NCBI RefSeq assembly: GCF_009914755.1
Contig: NC_060928.1
Source: the human T2T-CHM13v2.0 reference genome, Homo sapiens
Reading direction: 5' to 3' (one strand)
DNA length: 64,000 nt
Shown here one piece after another: positions 16,151 through 36,352 of this stretch. Each line of letters begins with the position of its first letter. The first letter of the stretch is position 1. The position numbers and the translations under genes are program-made. The notes beneath the pieces are model-generated. The model did no database searches. It saw nothing but the letters and a program-made list of their open reading frames with translations, and was not told the origin of the DNA.

Positions 16151-16903
16151 ACTTTTAAACACTATTTTATGCAGCCTGCTTAGTTTCTAAAATAGTCAAA
16201 GGGGGTTTTTTTGTTTGTTAATAAATAAGCATTTTGAAAGTTCCTAGAGAAAGATGAAAAGGAAACTTTAGACTGTGGTCAAAAGTTAGAAAAAATAGAA
16301 TGTATATCTTGCTTTTAGCCCATTTGAAATTATTTTCTGTTTTTGTTTGTTTCTATTCAGTTGGATGTTATTGTAATTTATTGATTATGTTACTGAAATA
16401 TTACCTGATCCTGATCAGGTTGTCTTTTAAAATGTCTCAGTGTTCTCAAATTGCCATTTATTGACATTTGAATTCTGTTTGCAATGAATAAAAACTTGTA
16501 AATGATCTTTAATGTATATAATTTGTTGAAGGCAGTGCTTTTTCTGCAGTTGATATTGACCATTCTTTAATTTTGTAAAAAATTGAAGAAAAAAACTTCC
16601 ATCTCTACTTTTCAAGTTTTCCTTTGAGAATCTGGATATCCGATTAGATTAATACAAGTACTTCAAATAAGATTTTGTTAATATTATAGTTCATGAGCTT
16701 TATTTGACATAATTTTTGAATTTTCTAGATGATATTTTGGTCTTAAGACGCTTTCATTCTTAAAAATTATTGCAGACCCCAAAGAGATTTTATTTATTTG
16801 AGTTATAGTTATTGATATTTACCAAATCATGCATGAAAGTAGATAAATTTTAAAATATTTATCATTTACTTTTAAAAACATACACCTATTTAATATAAAT
16901 AAC

Positions 16904-17524
<621 letters not shown>

Positions 17525-17809
17525 ACATTTTTATATAAATAGTTATATTTTCCAAAATGAAAAAACGTAGTTAGAAGAGTGATATTTCACATTTTTGCAA
17601 AAGTCTCTTATGCCTGGCTTAGTAGAAGACAGCTACATTCCCATATCTGCTTCTGCCTTCAGTTGTAGTGATTTGATTGTTTGGCCGAAGAACATGAAGG
17701 AAAGGGAGAACTGTTCCTATAGCCTTTTGAGATAATTGTGATACTCTCTTTTGGTGTTATAACAGCTGGTAGAAACCAAATCAATGAATGAACTTCTCAT
17801 ATGCTACTT

Positions 17810-18399
17810 GTGAAGGTAGGGGGCACAGTCTACAAGACTGTCCTTCCTTCTAATACCAACTGTGAGTTCAGGAGGTTCCCTAGAGCACCTTCAGATTTAA
17901 TAACTCACTAGGACTCTTAGAACTCACCGAATCATGTTATACCCATCATGGTTTGGTTTATTACAGGGAAAGGATACTGCTTGAAATCAGCCAAGGGCAG
18001 AAGAAGTGCATAGGGCAGGGTCCAGGAAAGTTCCAAACATGAAGTTTCAGTTGTCTTTTCTCTGTAATGTATAGTATTACTCTCCTGGCAATGAAGTGTG
18101 ACAGTAGCATGACGTGTTGCCAACCGGGAAGCTCATCTGAGACTTGATGACCAGAGATTTTATTGAGGCTCCATAGTTGACTGCATAAGTAGCTGACCTT
18201 TTGTCTCTAGCCCTTCTAGAGGTAGAGCAGATACTGTGTGGCCAAAGGCCCCCATCATATATCACATTCTAAAGTTAATGCCCCCAGATAAACAAAGACA
18301 CTCTTAGGCAGGACATGTCAAGGGCCTAGAAATTCCCTCCCGGTTATGGAGAACAAAAGCCAAACCTCCCTTTGGGTAAGATTAATTCTCTACTATACA
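17810..18399 (-). mobile_element. MER21-family LTR
   Basis: tttattacagggaaaggatac...aaatcagccaaggg...tgcatagggcagggtccaggaaagttccaaac...aaacaaagacactct...ctttgggtaagattaattctctactataca. Confidence 0.75.
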
Positions 18400-19539
18400 C
18401 TGTTATATTAAAATCTGTTGGTCTATTTTTATACTCTGAATGAATCTTTTACCCATGCATGATTCTATAACATTATGAATTAGTATTTTGGAAAATACTG
18501 GTTCACAGAAGTACTTAGATCTTTCAGATGTTGATACATTTCTAAATATGGGTACACTCTCAGGCTGATGGGGTGGATATGTTTTTCAACTTAAATTTCC
18601 ACTTAAAAGCTTGCATTTTATCATTAGCAACAAATACTGTTGTTTTCCTTGAAATAAGACTCATTTTGTTCATTTTTTAGGAGATGCCTGCCAAATACCC
18701 AAATTTGAATAAACCGAGTTTGTTAATCTTTCAAATAAAAATGTACTCTAGATTAAAAAGCAGTTTATTCAGCTCACAACTTAAGCAATCAAAGAAGTAC
18801 TTTTACGTACTTTCCATTTTGTCACAGTATTTTTAAAAGTGAACTCAAGGGTTTAGGTTTAATAAAATGGATACATTTGCTATTTCATGAAAGACTTTTT
18901 TAAATGAAACTGGCTTTTTTTTTAATGTCAAGTGTGGGACAGTAGAGACAATGACTACTGGTATTGTTTGATGCCATTTGTGTTGAATTGTGCAAAGGTG
19001 CAAGCAGTTTTACCCACCATTGTTTTTATGCCATCAGGAAATGTCAGCATAGTAAAAAAAGCAAAGAATGTCTTACAGTTACTGTGAAAATAGTTGTGAC
19101 CTTAGAGTCCCCCTAAAAAGGTCTCAGGACCCCAGCAGTCCTTGAACCGCACTTTGCAAACAACTAATCTGTATAAAATGTGAGACAATGGTTATTTTTG
19201 TGCAAGGTAGCACAAGATTGAATAAACTTTGCTCTTTATTCTATTTGTTTTTATTTTGCTGGCAAGGAAAATAATGGACTAAATATTTGCTTTACATTTT
19301 AGTAGATACAAGAAATCAGAAGCCAGATTTAAGAATAATCACCAAATTGGTCCTTGTCACCTACATTTACTCTTACAACAATCAGACCTTATTGTTTTTG
19401 TTTAGCTAACTTTGTACTTTAACTAGAGGCTATTAAATCATTAATAATGTTTTTGAATTATGTAAGTCTTTCAAACCAGGAAGGTAAGTATAATCCATAC
19501 ATTCAGGTGGAAACGTCTTTGGCTAAGATAATAAAGCAT

Positions 19540-19853
19540 GGCCGGGCGCGTGCGGTTGCTCATGCCTGTAATCCCAGCACTTTGGGAGGCCGAGGCGGGT
19601 GGATCACGAGGTCAGGAGATCGAGACCATCCTGGCTAAAATGACGAAACCCCGTCTCTACTAAAAATACAAAATATTAGCCGGGCGTGGTGGCAGGCACC
19701 TGTAGTCTCAGCTACTCCGGAGGCTGAGGCAGGAGAATGGCATGAACCCAGGAGGCAGAGCTTGCAGTGAGCCGAGTTCGAGCCACTGCACTCCAGCCTG
19801 GGTGACAAACCGAGACTCCGTCTCAAAAAAAAAATAAATAAATAAATAAAATA
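19540..19853 (+). mobile_element. AluY
   Basis: Y diagnostics gagatcgagaccatcctggctaa, gaatggcatgaacc and agcttgcagtgag. TSD AAGATAATAAAGCAT. Confidence 0.92.
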
Positions 19854-20168
19854 AAGATAATAAAGCATAATTAATCTTAAGTCAAAGGACATGTTCATAG
19901 TTGAGGTGCCAAACCAAAAGGGAATGCATGAATGTAATTGTTTTTCTTAGTCATGAAAATAAGGTGATTTCCTTTTGAAAACTAAAACTTTGTTCACTGG
20001 CATATTCCTTCATTTTTAGTATCTCAGTTTAAATTGTAATTATTATTGGATTATTTTGGGAGGTCACACTCATTTATATAATTCTGTACCAGTGGAGTCA
20101 TCTCTGTTGAGTAATGCCATTGAGTGTTGAAATAGATTATATTTTTGGCTTAAAATTCCAGAACTTGT

Positions 20169-20551
<383 letters not shown>

Positions 20552-22003
20552 CTACAAAATTAATATAAAATATATCTTGTTATTATTTTGAAGTTCTTTG
20601 ACCTGTTAAACATTTTTTGTCTTATCTCTGTATTTCAGAGTATAGATAAACCTTTCTCCTATCCCTCCATTAAGTTTTTTGTTTATGATGATTAATGGAA
20701 ATTAGTTCATTGGGAGGCTGCTGTAGCATTCATAAATTCCTTATAAATAATGGCTGAATTAAATGCTCTGTTCTTTACTTTGCCTTTGTTTCTCCAGTTT
20801 CTCTTAAAGCATTGTTTTTAATGAATCTGCAGCATTGTAAAATAAATTATGTAATTTGGGCTTTAACTCTCTGCAAGTATTGGAATAAAATCCTCATGGT
20901 GTGTAAAATAGCCTAATCGGTATTGAGCAATGCAAGGAATATAGATTTTAAAGTATTTGTTGAATAAGTGGGTGAAAATTTTAAATTGGATACCAATTAT
21001 TGATTTTCAGTTCTGTTCAATAAATATTAGTTTCTACTATACACATGATATCTTGTTAAGCAGTAAACATTGAATTTTAAGGATATTAATCATATTTATT
21101 CATTCAGCATATATTGTATGCTTTGTATTGTGCACATATACTTTTACAAATTTGATTAGTTTACTCTGAAAACTTGATTTTAAAAAGCAGAGCAAATTTT
21201 TAGGCTTTTTTTTTAGATAAAGCTTTTATTAGTACACATATATTTATATCATGCTTTTTAGACAGAATAATGTCAAACTTTTAATGAACAGGTAAATTTT
21301 TCAAGTCATATTAGGATAGGTAAGGGTTGATTGGAGTAGGAAGATACAATTTAGTTTCATTTCTGTTTGGAGAATTTTTTTTTAATTCTATATTGAGTTT
21401 AAGGAGTTCTAGAGACAGGGAATAGTTTTAAATAAGGAAAAAGTTGGGAACAAAAGTGTGCCCTCCTTGTTAAAAGGTCCCTGGTCATTCCCACATTAGG
21501 ATCTAAGAGGAAAGTACCCCCAGGCACACCTGATCGACACTAGTTATAAGAAAAATCCCTGTGTGCACTCAGTAGAGTGTTCTTGCTGGAGCAAAACTCC
21601 AATATTCTGCGAGATTTTGTTTTTATAACTGGATGCCTTTAATACGAGTAATATGCACATGGTCCTAGGTTATTTTTAAGCTAGGAATCCTAACTGAATC
21701 ATTTACAGGAACTTTTCTCCCCTTTTTATTTTTGCAATTTTTATCAATAATGCACAAAGTTTATAAAGTCAAATAGAACTGAAAAGATTATAACAGAAAT
21801 AACTATCACTGCCTCACCTGCCTCAGTACTTATATTTTAAGAGATAACCATTTTTAATACTTTCAGTGTGTCTTTATTTATTGCCATATTTCTGCATAAA
21901 AGTCTTATACTACTTCTCTTGATTTAACAGTATTTCCTCTACGATAGGTGTAGATTTAGTTCTTTTATACACTACTTTCTGTCCTCCCTTCTCACAGTAT
22001 TAA

Positions 22004-22375
<372 letters not shown>

Positions 22376-22429
22376 AGGTGCCCTTCCTTTGTGCACTCAC
22401 AGGAAAAAGAAACCCAAAATCTTTACTTT

Positions 22430-23330
22430 GCTCTGTGGTAGCCGAGTGTTGTAATTGCCTACTTAATTTACCTATATCACCTCACTACCAAACGTAAGTC
22501 CACTGAAGGCAAATACTGTTTGTTCCCAGCTCATTGTCATATACACTTCAATGCCTGGCACAGAGTAGGCATGTAATAGTAGACAGTATTGGTTGTTATT
22601 GAATTGAAGTTCCTTAAGCTAGCATATAAGATTTTTAACAACCTGATTTCTGCCTGTCTTTCCAGCCTCATTACCAACCCTACCCTTTTTGCAGCTTCTG
22701 TGCTAGCTATACCATAGTGCCAGTGCACACTTTGCAGGCTGTCTGACTTTGCTGATGTTGTGTTTTCTGTCTAGGCACTCTTCATTATCTACCTGGAAGG
22801 CTCATCATATGCAGACCTAGCTTAGATATTATATCCTCAGTGAAATTTTCTAGATCTCATGAGCAAAATGGCTGTCTCATTTTTGCTCCCAGTGTTATTA
22901 TTTAGTACAGTGTAATAGGAGCTTGGGATCTGGAATCAGGCCTGGAGTCAGGCCTGGAATCAATCCTGGCTCCATCACTTACTAGCAGTGTGACTTCAGA
23001 CAGGTTAGTTAATTTCTTCATACTTCAGTTTTCCCTGATGTATGTATAAGATGGAAATAGTAATTAGGTTATGAGGCTTTTAAAACACACATACATGTGC
23101 ATATGTAACACAGTACTTGATACATGAGTGAGTGAGCAATAAATGTTAACTTTTTATTATTAGCTCTAATACTTTAACTTGTAGATGATTACTGCTATGC
23201 TGGTCTCCCTAGCTAAACTGAGTCACTCAGGGTCAGGAACAGAGTCTTATTTAATAATCATAGCTCTGTTTTCTAGCACAGGGCCCGGCCCAAGAATATA
23301 TGGATTGTTGCTAAAGTATATAAAATGAGT
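22430..23330. mobile_element. Degenerate L2 fragments and a MIR (MIR ~22905-23160)
   Basis: L2 3' ends (aatgcctggcacagagtagg; tctagcacagggcc) and a MIR core (ggctccatcacttactagcagtgtgacttcagacaggttagttaa). Confidence 0.6.
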
Positions 23331-23644
23331 GGTTGTCAATTTACTCTTTTTGATTATTATTGTTTTGCAGTGATTTTCTTTTCACCACACAAAAATGTGT
23401 ATTTCCAGTGCTTCGCAATGCTTGGCATGTACTAGATCCTTAATGCACTTTTGTATTAACAAACACATGAACAAACTTAGGAATGTGATACTACTTATTG
23501 TACTGTTTATAGTATGTCTATTTACCTATTGATCTTACTTTTTTTCTTATGCAACTATTTCTCTCATTAGTATGCTATAGTGAAATAGTTTGCAAATGTT
23601 TTCATTGGCTCTAATGACCAAAAGGAATAAAAAGAAACAAGATT

Positions 23645-23969
<325 letters not shown>

Positions 23970-24003
23970 CTACAAATAATGTGGTGGTGATTTTTCTTTC
24001 CAG

Positions 24004-24048
24004 AAACGAAATCCTGAAGTTCGACATGTAGATTTGGAGATACTGTGA
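24004..24048 (+). CDS. SLC30A9: SLC30A9 terminal coding exon (CDS part)
   Basis: Acceptor tttctttccAG at 24002-24003. Encodes KRNPEVRHVDLEIL-stop (TGA at 24046-24048), the ZnT9 C-terminus. Confidence 0.96.
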   Translation, partial: KRNPEVRHVDLEIL

Positions 24049-25445
24049 GTTTGATGGAATGAATCACCTGGGTGGGGACCTTGGAAACAAGTTTGTCCGT
24101 CCACTCTACAAAGTTTCCTCCTCTCCTACACTGAAAGACTCAGTGCCATGCAGAAGCCTTTTTTTTAAGATGAAGGAAATATTTTATGTAAAGAGCAACT
24201 CAGCAGGACACAGAACTAAAACTACTACTTACATCTAACAGACACACTACAAGTTGAATCAATTTGAAAATCATGTTTTTATGCTTCCATAGGGAACATT
24301 TTGGTTATTTAAATTGTTCATAATGTCCCATATTTCACCTGTTCAGTGTATACTGTACTTTGCAATCATCTTTCCTTTTTTCACATTGGTAAAAATAAGT
24401 GGCATCCATAGGATCATGATTTTTAATTTGTTGCCTCTGAAGATTTCACTCCATCAAGATCTGCCAATCTTCAATATTCTGGCTAAATCTTGGTATGTGG
24501 TTTTTAAACAGTCACTCCGTTTCAAAGTCTGTCTTTCCTTATAGAATGTGGAAATTATTTCTCCATACCTTGTGATTTTGACCTGAGTGCTAAGAGAATC
24601 ACTCTCCTTACCTAGTTATCTACAAATGTTCATTCCAGAAATGTTTAGTTACTGAATTGAATGAAGACATCTCAGTACACTCTTTTAGGTCATAGTAGTT
24701 GCCATTTTGTAAAATTTCTTTTTTCTTCTTTGCTTTTTTCCCCTTATTTGGTTTAATTTTTCTAATGTTAGGAGATATAGTCCTAGATATTTCCATGGGC
24801 CAGTGTGATGACTTTTTTTTAAATGAGGTTCAGTACCATAATGTTTATTTACTGGAAGATAATGCATTTATAAGCATTTTAAAATTCTGTAAAGTGGGTT
24901 AGAAATATTTATAATTTTACAGGCAGGACAGCATTTGACTTTTATTTAAAAGGCGGCACTACTTATGTAAATCTGAGCTGTGGGATATTTCTTGCTTTAA
25001 GAGAGAGACAGAATCTCTCACTGAAACTCATGGTCATGATTTTGTATAATATAGTTCATACTGTGTCTGTGAGTTTCTTCAATTACAAATGGGCATTTAG
25101 TATAGTTATATTGACTATAACATGTAAGTAAATAGCTTTCTACTGACCCTAAGTTATCAAGGTGGAAAAAAAACATGCAATTCAGTAATTGAAAATGTGG
25201 TGAAAAGCTGCAGCTGTCATCATCAAAACAACTCATAACATACTTTAAAATGTTCAGGTAGCAGTGAGCATTGTTCATATGAGAATGGCGGCTGGGTGAT
25301 CTCTTTGCTGAATTAATGAGTTCTTAACATGTGGACCCAACTGCCTGTGTGAGATCTGTGTCTTAAAACTTACTGGAATGGAAATCTATGAATTATTGCA
25401 AATTGTAATGCTGGAAACAAAAAATAAATCCTTGGTTAAAGGGTT
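24049..25445 (+). other. SLC30A9: SLC30A9 3'UTR, short form (end approximate)
   Basis: Repeat-free AU-rich sequence from the stop codon to AATAAA at 25423, followed by GU-rich sequence. Confidence 0.75.
25423..25428 (+). terminator. Proximal polyadenylation signal of SLC30A9
   Basis: AATAAA with upstream TGTA and downstream GU/U-rich gggtttgtaatggtgattttt. Confidence 0.75.
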
Positions 25446-26182
25446 TGTAATGGTGATTTTTGACCCAGAAATCTCATTTACTGGAAAATTGTGAGACTTT
25501 ACGTTGGTGTATTTTTCTTTTTTTTTTTTTACTATTACAGAGTATTTTGCATGCTGTACATTTTAAGTGAAATAACATTCCAGTTTTATTTTTAAGATAG
25601 AAAATTGTTATATATATATATAATTTGATACTCTATTCTTACAGTTTCAAATTCCTTATCCCTTCTTTACAAAAAAAACTTTTTTTTTACCTGTTATGAT
25701 TTATTCTATACTTTTTTCTTCTTCCTTCCCCTTTCCCACTTGCCATTTATTACTTCATGTCATTGCCATATGAGAAAGTACCAAATTATATCCAGTTTCC
25801 TCCTAGTGATATTACTCTGAAAAATTTCACAAAGCCAGACAAGAATAATTACTCATTTTTTTTCCCAAGACGACCCTCAAAGTTAATGTGCAGCAGGTAT
25901 TCCAAATGGTAATTTTTTTTTTTAGGATTCCCTAATAAAAAAAAAAAAATTTCTGATATTTCTTTTTAAATCTGATTTTGGTTGAGGTCATACCATTCTT
26001 AAATAATAATTGAAGGTTTATGTTGCCATCTTTTCTAATTCTGTTTTGCACTGATAAACTTACATAAAGTTTGTTTATGTAAAATAAGACATAAAGGAGT
26101 ACAACATATCAAGGAATTTGAGTATTTATGTGGAATCAGGAAATTTTTCTAGAGTCACTGAATTTTCAAATCAGAGAATTTG

Positions 26183-26861
<679 letters not shown>

Positions 26862-27135
26862 AGAGAATTTGGGTCTCTTTCTCCAAAAATAAGGCTATAT
26901 TTAGTTTTTCAGGTTTCTTGTTATTTTACCAAATTAATGTTTCTTACTTTGTTTGTATCTACTTTGGCATATAGCATTTGAGTATTAAAGCATATAAATC
27001 ATTTTTAAGGAAAATATTCTCTGCAGGAGAATAATTACAAAAATAATACTGGACAGAGGAGGGGCAGTCAAGGGTCCATGATTGATTCCTTCTTGCCCAA
27101 AACTAAAATCTAGGATTTATCAAAGGTGAGGTATA

Positions 27136-27224
27136 CAGTGGTCCCTGACTTATAATGGTTGCATTTAAGAATTTTTATGATGGGTTTATTGGCACATAAC
27201 CCCATAATAAGTAAAAAGCATCTG
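27136..27224. mobile_element. Short MER47/Tigger5-type MITE
   Basis: TA-flanked; cagtggtccctgacttataatgg ... ccccataataagtaaaaagcatctg are inverted termini. Confidence 0.65.
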
Positions 27225-27340
27225 TACCTACTTTTAGCTTTGGCTGAGAATGGATCTCTAATTCACTGTAAGTAGCAGTCCCCAAACTATATAAGGTGGC
27301 ACAGTTTTCATCATGGCAGTGGGAGGATGAGGGGTGGAGT

Positions 27341-27638
27341 GTTTTTGTTTTTTTTGTTTTTTTTTGAGACAGAGTTTCGTTCTTGTTGCCCAGGCTGCAG
27401 TGCACTGGCACAATTGCAGCTCACCGCAACCTTCACCTCCCGATTCAAGTGATTCTCCTGCCTCCTGAGTAGCTGGGATTACAGGCATGTGCCACCACAC
27501 CCGGCTAATTTTGTATTTCTGGTTTAGACAAGGTTTCTCCATGTTGGTCAGGCTGGTCTTGAACTGCCGACCTCAGGTGATCCGCCCTCCTCGGCTTCCC
27601 AAAGTGCTGGGATTACAGGTGTGAGCCACTGCTCCGGT
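27341..27638 (-). mobile_element. AluSp-like
   Basis: Diagnostics gagtttcgttcttgttgcc, accgcaacc and ctccatgttggtcagg. Confidence 0.9.
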
Positions 27639-28353
27639 GATCTGTTTTTAAGTGGAGTATCCTGGGGGCCTATAGTATCCAACTCCAAAGAGGTAAGTTC
27701 CTGAACATACACTAAAGAACCTGTGAGATAAGATCAGACGGAAAAATTTTCAAATTTTTTCAAAAGCAAAGGTAATCCCTGCATACATCCTCCTACACAC
27801 ACACACATAGTGCAAAGTGAATAACAAAATGTCATAAGGCTTGAGTTTTTGGTATATGGCTTTCAGTGTTACCTTATCTCATAATTTAGGTAATGATTTT
27901 TGCTAAAATGATAACCATCTAAAGAGTGCCTAAGTTTTAAGTCTCGTAACTTTTTGAGGAAGAATGCTGGGAACTACAGAAAACTGCATAGGCATTTAGA
28001 ATTTGTATTATCTTCTTAGACTGCATTTGTCAAGCTTTGGCAGCATTTCTTTTAAATGTGATGAACCCCAATTTGCCAAACTGTCAGAAGTCAGTGAAGC
28101 AAAGAATCGAAGGTAAAATGTTGATTCAAAGATTGTCTCCCCTAAATCCTTCATTTCTTTCTCTGAAATGGAACTTTGGAAGCCATTTATATAGATTAGT
28201 CTGACAGCCTTTATATTTGCATGTAAGTTTACTTGCATCCTTAGACTTGGCTTTATGCAAAAAGAAAATTTTTATTCGTTATATTGTATTTCATCTGTCT
28301 GATTTCCCTGGCACATTAAGATGGTCCTGGTCCCTCAGGATACTTTTTCCCTT

Positions 28354-28423
28354 AATAAATGTCATATGTAAATAAAGGCAACTCATTTATTAGTTTGGGA
28401 TTTTTTTTCCCTTGAGAAATAAA
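28354..28423 (+). terminator. Candidate distal polyadenylation signal cluster of SLC30A9
   Basis: Three AATAAA (28354, 28371, 28418) with TGTA just upstream of the second. U/GU-rich tracts follow (gtttgggatttttttt; tgtttgttg). Confidence 0.6.
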
Positions 28424-28544
28424 TGTTTGTTGAACATAAATTCTTCTTTACCTCATGTGCTAAGAACTAAACTATATAATCTGATATATTTTTTATGCCT
28501 ATGTTTTTGAACAGAATTTGTTACTCATTCAGTGTGCCTGTTAG

Positions 28545-28833
<289 letters not shown>

Positions 28834-28852
28834 GCCTGTTAGTTTTTAGGAT

Positions 28853-29006
28853 TTCTTTTTGGTCGTACAAAACCTAACTATAATAACTCTTAATCATTTT
28901 ATAATCGGTTTCACTTTAAAGAGAACTATTCATTTTTTGGTTTTATAAAACCAAACTATAATAACTTAATCATTTTATAATCGGTTTCAGTTTAAAAAGA
29001 ACTATT
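28853..29006. repeat. Two-copy tandem repeat, period ~77 bp
   Basis: aaaccNaactataataact(ct)taatcattttataatcggtttcaNtttaaaNagaactatt occurs twice. Confidence 0.9.
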
Positions 29007-29460
29007 AATATACTGTTTATTAACATATTAACATTAATATGTTTGGTAAAACAAAATTTGGAAAGTTATATTCCTTAGTGATATATATTTTCAGTACATT
29101 TTGACATAACTAGATTATTTAACATTTTAATTAGGCTGTTTTGTTTCAGATGTGTCTACAAGAGTATGTTTAGAGAAAAAAATACAAAACATGGAAACAT
29201 CAAAACCCTCAACCTAAGGCCAGCCTGCACTGTGATCTAAATTGAACTCTATACTAATCCTGTGGGAATTCCAACTGTATTTTCTTTTTCATGAGAAACT
29301 AAACCAAAGTAATTTGGTATTTTGAGAGGGTAAAATTCCCTCCCAAAATTCAAAACCTATTGAAAGTAGAACCACTACAGTTTATGATTTGCACAGGAAA
29401 ATAAAGAATTGTATGTGTCATTAGGGCCCAAAATACAACCCTTTTAAAAGGTTTTTAAAC

Positions 29461-29798
<338 letters not shown>

Positions 29799-29820
29799 TT
29801 AGTATTATAACAGCTATTAA

Positions 29821-30163
<343 letters not shown>

Positions 30164-30442
30164 TGTACATGCCTACATGTACACATTTAATCCCCACAAA
30201 GAGCCAGTGAAATGTGGTCTGTAATTCACATTTTTGCAGATGAGGAAACAGATACAGTAGTTAATATTAGTGTCTGAGACTACTCATCCAATAAAAGGCA
30301 GAGTCAGGATTTGAACTCACAAGGAAGCATTCTGCTAAACAGAAAAGCCCAAGAGAAGTAACACTGTATAAAATTAGAAAGGAAATATTCATTATATTGT
30401 TATACAGTAACCTAATTTATATTCAGTAGTCAGAACAATTAG

Positions 30443-31669
<1,227 letters not shown>

Positions 31670-31678
31670 TTATATATA

Positions 31679-32000
31679 TAGTCATCTCTTGGTATCTGTG
31701 GAAATACCCTGTGGGGATATCCCTGGGATACCAAAATTCAAGGATGTTGAAGTTTCCTATATAAAATGGCATATTTGTATATAACCTACACACATCCTCA
31801 AGTATACTTTAAATAATCTCTATTATAATACCTAACACATTGTAAATGTTATGTAAGTAGTTGTCATACTGTATTTAGGAGACAATGACAAGGAAAAAAG
31901 CCTGTTCACATTTAGCACAGACACAATTTTTTATTTATTGAGTATTTTCGATACGTTGGTTGAATCAGAGATGCGAACCCATGGATACGAAAAGCTGACT
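31679..32000. mobile_element. MER2 (Tigger) MITE
   Basis: gtcatctcttggtatctgtgg...gataccaaaattcaaggatg...ggttgaatc...gaacccatggatacga...ctgact. Confidence 0.8.
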
Positions 32001-32339
32001 ATATTTTTAAATTGTGCTTGAATAGATAAAACATTCACATGATTCTAAATTCAGAATGCTCAAACAGATTTATAGGAAACATTCTTTCTCTCAACCTTGC
32101 TCACAGCTATCCATTTTCTTTTCCCAGAGGCAACTAATGTTATAAGCTTGTGATATATCCTTATAGAGATATTTGATGTATATATTCACATATATACATG
32201 TTTATTATATATATTTCCCCTGTTCTACAAAGATGATAAAATAGTATATATATTAATGAACCTTCTCATAATGTAAGTACACAGCCATTTTCCAGAGTTG
32301 TGTTTACTGAAAATTACTACATCAACAGGACATAACACA

Positions 32340-32538
32340 TAATGTGCTTTACCATATGGTAGCCACTAGTGACATGGGGATATTTAAATTTAAATTAATT
32401 ACATAAAATAAATTCAGTTCCTCAGTTGCATTAGCCACATTTTCATGTGCTCAGTAGCCACATGTGGCCAGTGACTGTGTTGTACAATTCAGATATAGAA
32501 CATTTTCATTATCACAGCAAGTTGTTTTGGACAGTCCT
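32340..32538. mobile_element. MER3 (hAT-Charlie) MITE
   Basis: atatggtagccactagtgacatg...aaattcagttcctcagttgcattagccacatttt...tatagaacattttcattatcacagcaagtt...tggacag. Confidence 0.8.
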
Positions 32539-33057
32539 AATATGGTGGATTAAAGTAATCCTAGTCTCTCTTTAATATTTGAGAGTGTCTTTACAGTGTA
32601 CAGCATAAGAGTGCCTGGTTTCTGTTGTTGGAGGCAGGAGGATAAAATTCTGGCTTAGCTCTTAGAAATGTATCAATACAAATAGCTCTTGGGCTATAAC
32701 TTAAGGCTACCAACTGGTAAGTGTTACTTTCAGCAAATAAATTTCTCATGTTCAAAATGAAGAGTTTGAATTTGACTTCCTCTCATTCAAATGCATAATA
32801 TACATTCTGAACATTAGGGAACAATTGAATCATACAAAAGTGTTCTTGAACCATCAAAATTTCTTACCCAAGTTCATAAATTATGTTTCTGAATGTTCAT
32901 GTCAGTTTATCTTGTGGCCCAGCAAAGGGCTAAATAAGTATGATACCATTCATCACATAAAGGTCTCAGAGAACAAAATATGGGATTGGTGGGCCCAGGT
33001 GGTGAGAAAGGAAGGAGTTGCGGGTTTATCACACTTTATACAAGAAGTAAGTTCCTG

Positions 33058-33443
<386 letters not shown>

Positions 33444-34129
33444 TTTTTAGATGCACTAGAAGAGTTCACAATTTAAAGAAATCCTCCTGTAATGTATGAT
33501 TATTTATATTTTGTTAAATCCTATTTAAAAGAGATTTTATAAGATGACTTCTAGATTACTCCTGGAACTATGGCAGATCATGTTGAGGTTAAAAGAGCAT
33601 TAAGGGATTGGATGATAGATGGTCTAATATCATCACTGCTTGAAGTTCCAAGGAATTACTCAAACTGATCCAATTTCCTTATGACATTTTCTATATGGAT
33701 TGACAGCCCATGTCAATTATTGAATATTTACTATATACAAGCTATGATATACTAGATGCCCGTGAGGCCCTTCTTAGAAGAAGGAAGATGATGGCAGTGT
33801 TGTCAACCAGATAATCATTCCTGATGGTCAAGGTGGGGGATGTCCCGTCCTGATAATCCCCTCATCCAATAACCAGGACAGAATTACTCATGGCTGTGGT
33901 ATCTTGTCCTTCCTGAGGTCAATAAGGCCTGCCTTGATCAGAACCAAGCAATTGTTTATCCATCATGGGCCAGTGATTTCAAGTATAGAAGATGCTGGGA
34001 CCCTAATTTGAGTCCACTTAATGGGAGGTATCCTGGGAAATGCCCATAATTAATTTGTGTTTGCTTTTCCAGGTTTCCTTAAGCTTCCTAAGTTTCATAA
34101 TGTATAAGATATTTACAGAATTCCTAAAT

Positions 34130-35045
<916 letters not shown>

Positions 35046-35125
35046 TGCCGATGGGAGTGTGAAGTAGGCCTAGCTATGTGGGGGGTACTATAGCCGAAGA
35101 TGTTAAATGAGTCTGGAAAAATATG

Positions 35126-36352
<1,227 letters not shown>

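Noticed and set aside
21564-21570. TGCACTC metal-response-element (MTF-1) core in a zinc-transporter gene
   Set aside because: A single 7-mer far from any promoter; the same motif occurs in most Alus here, so it is uninformative.
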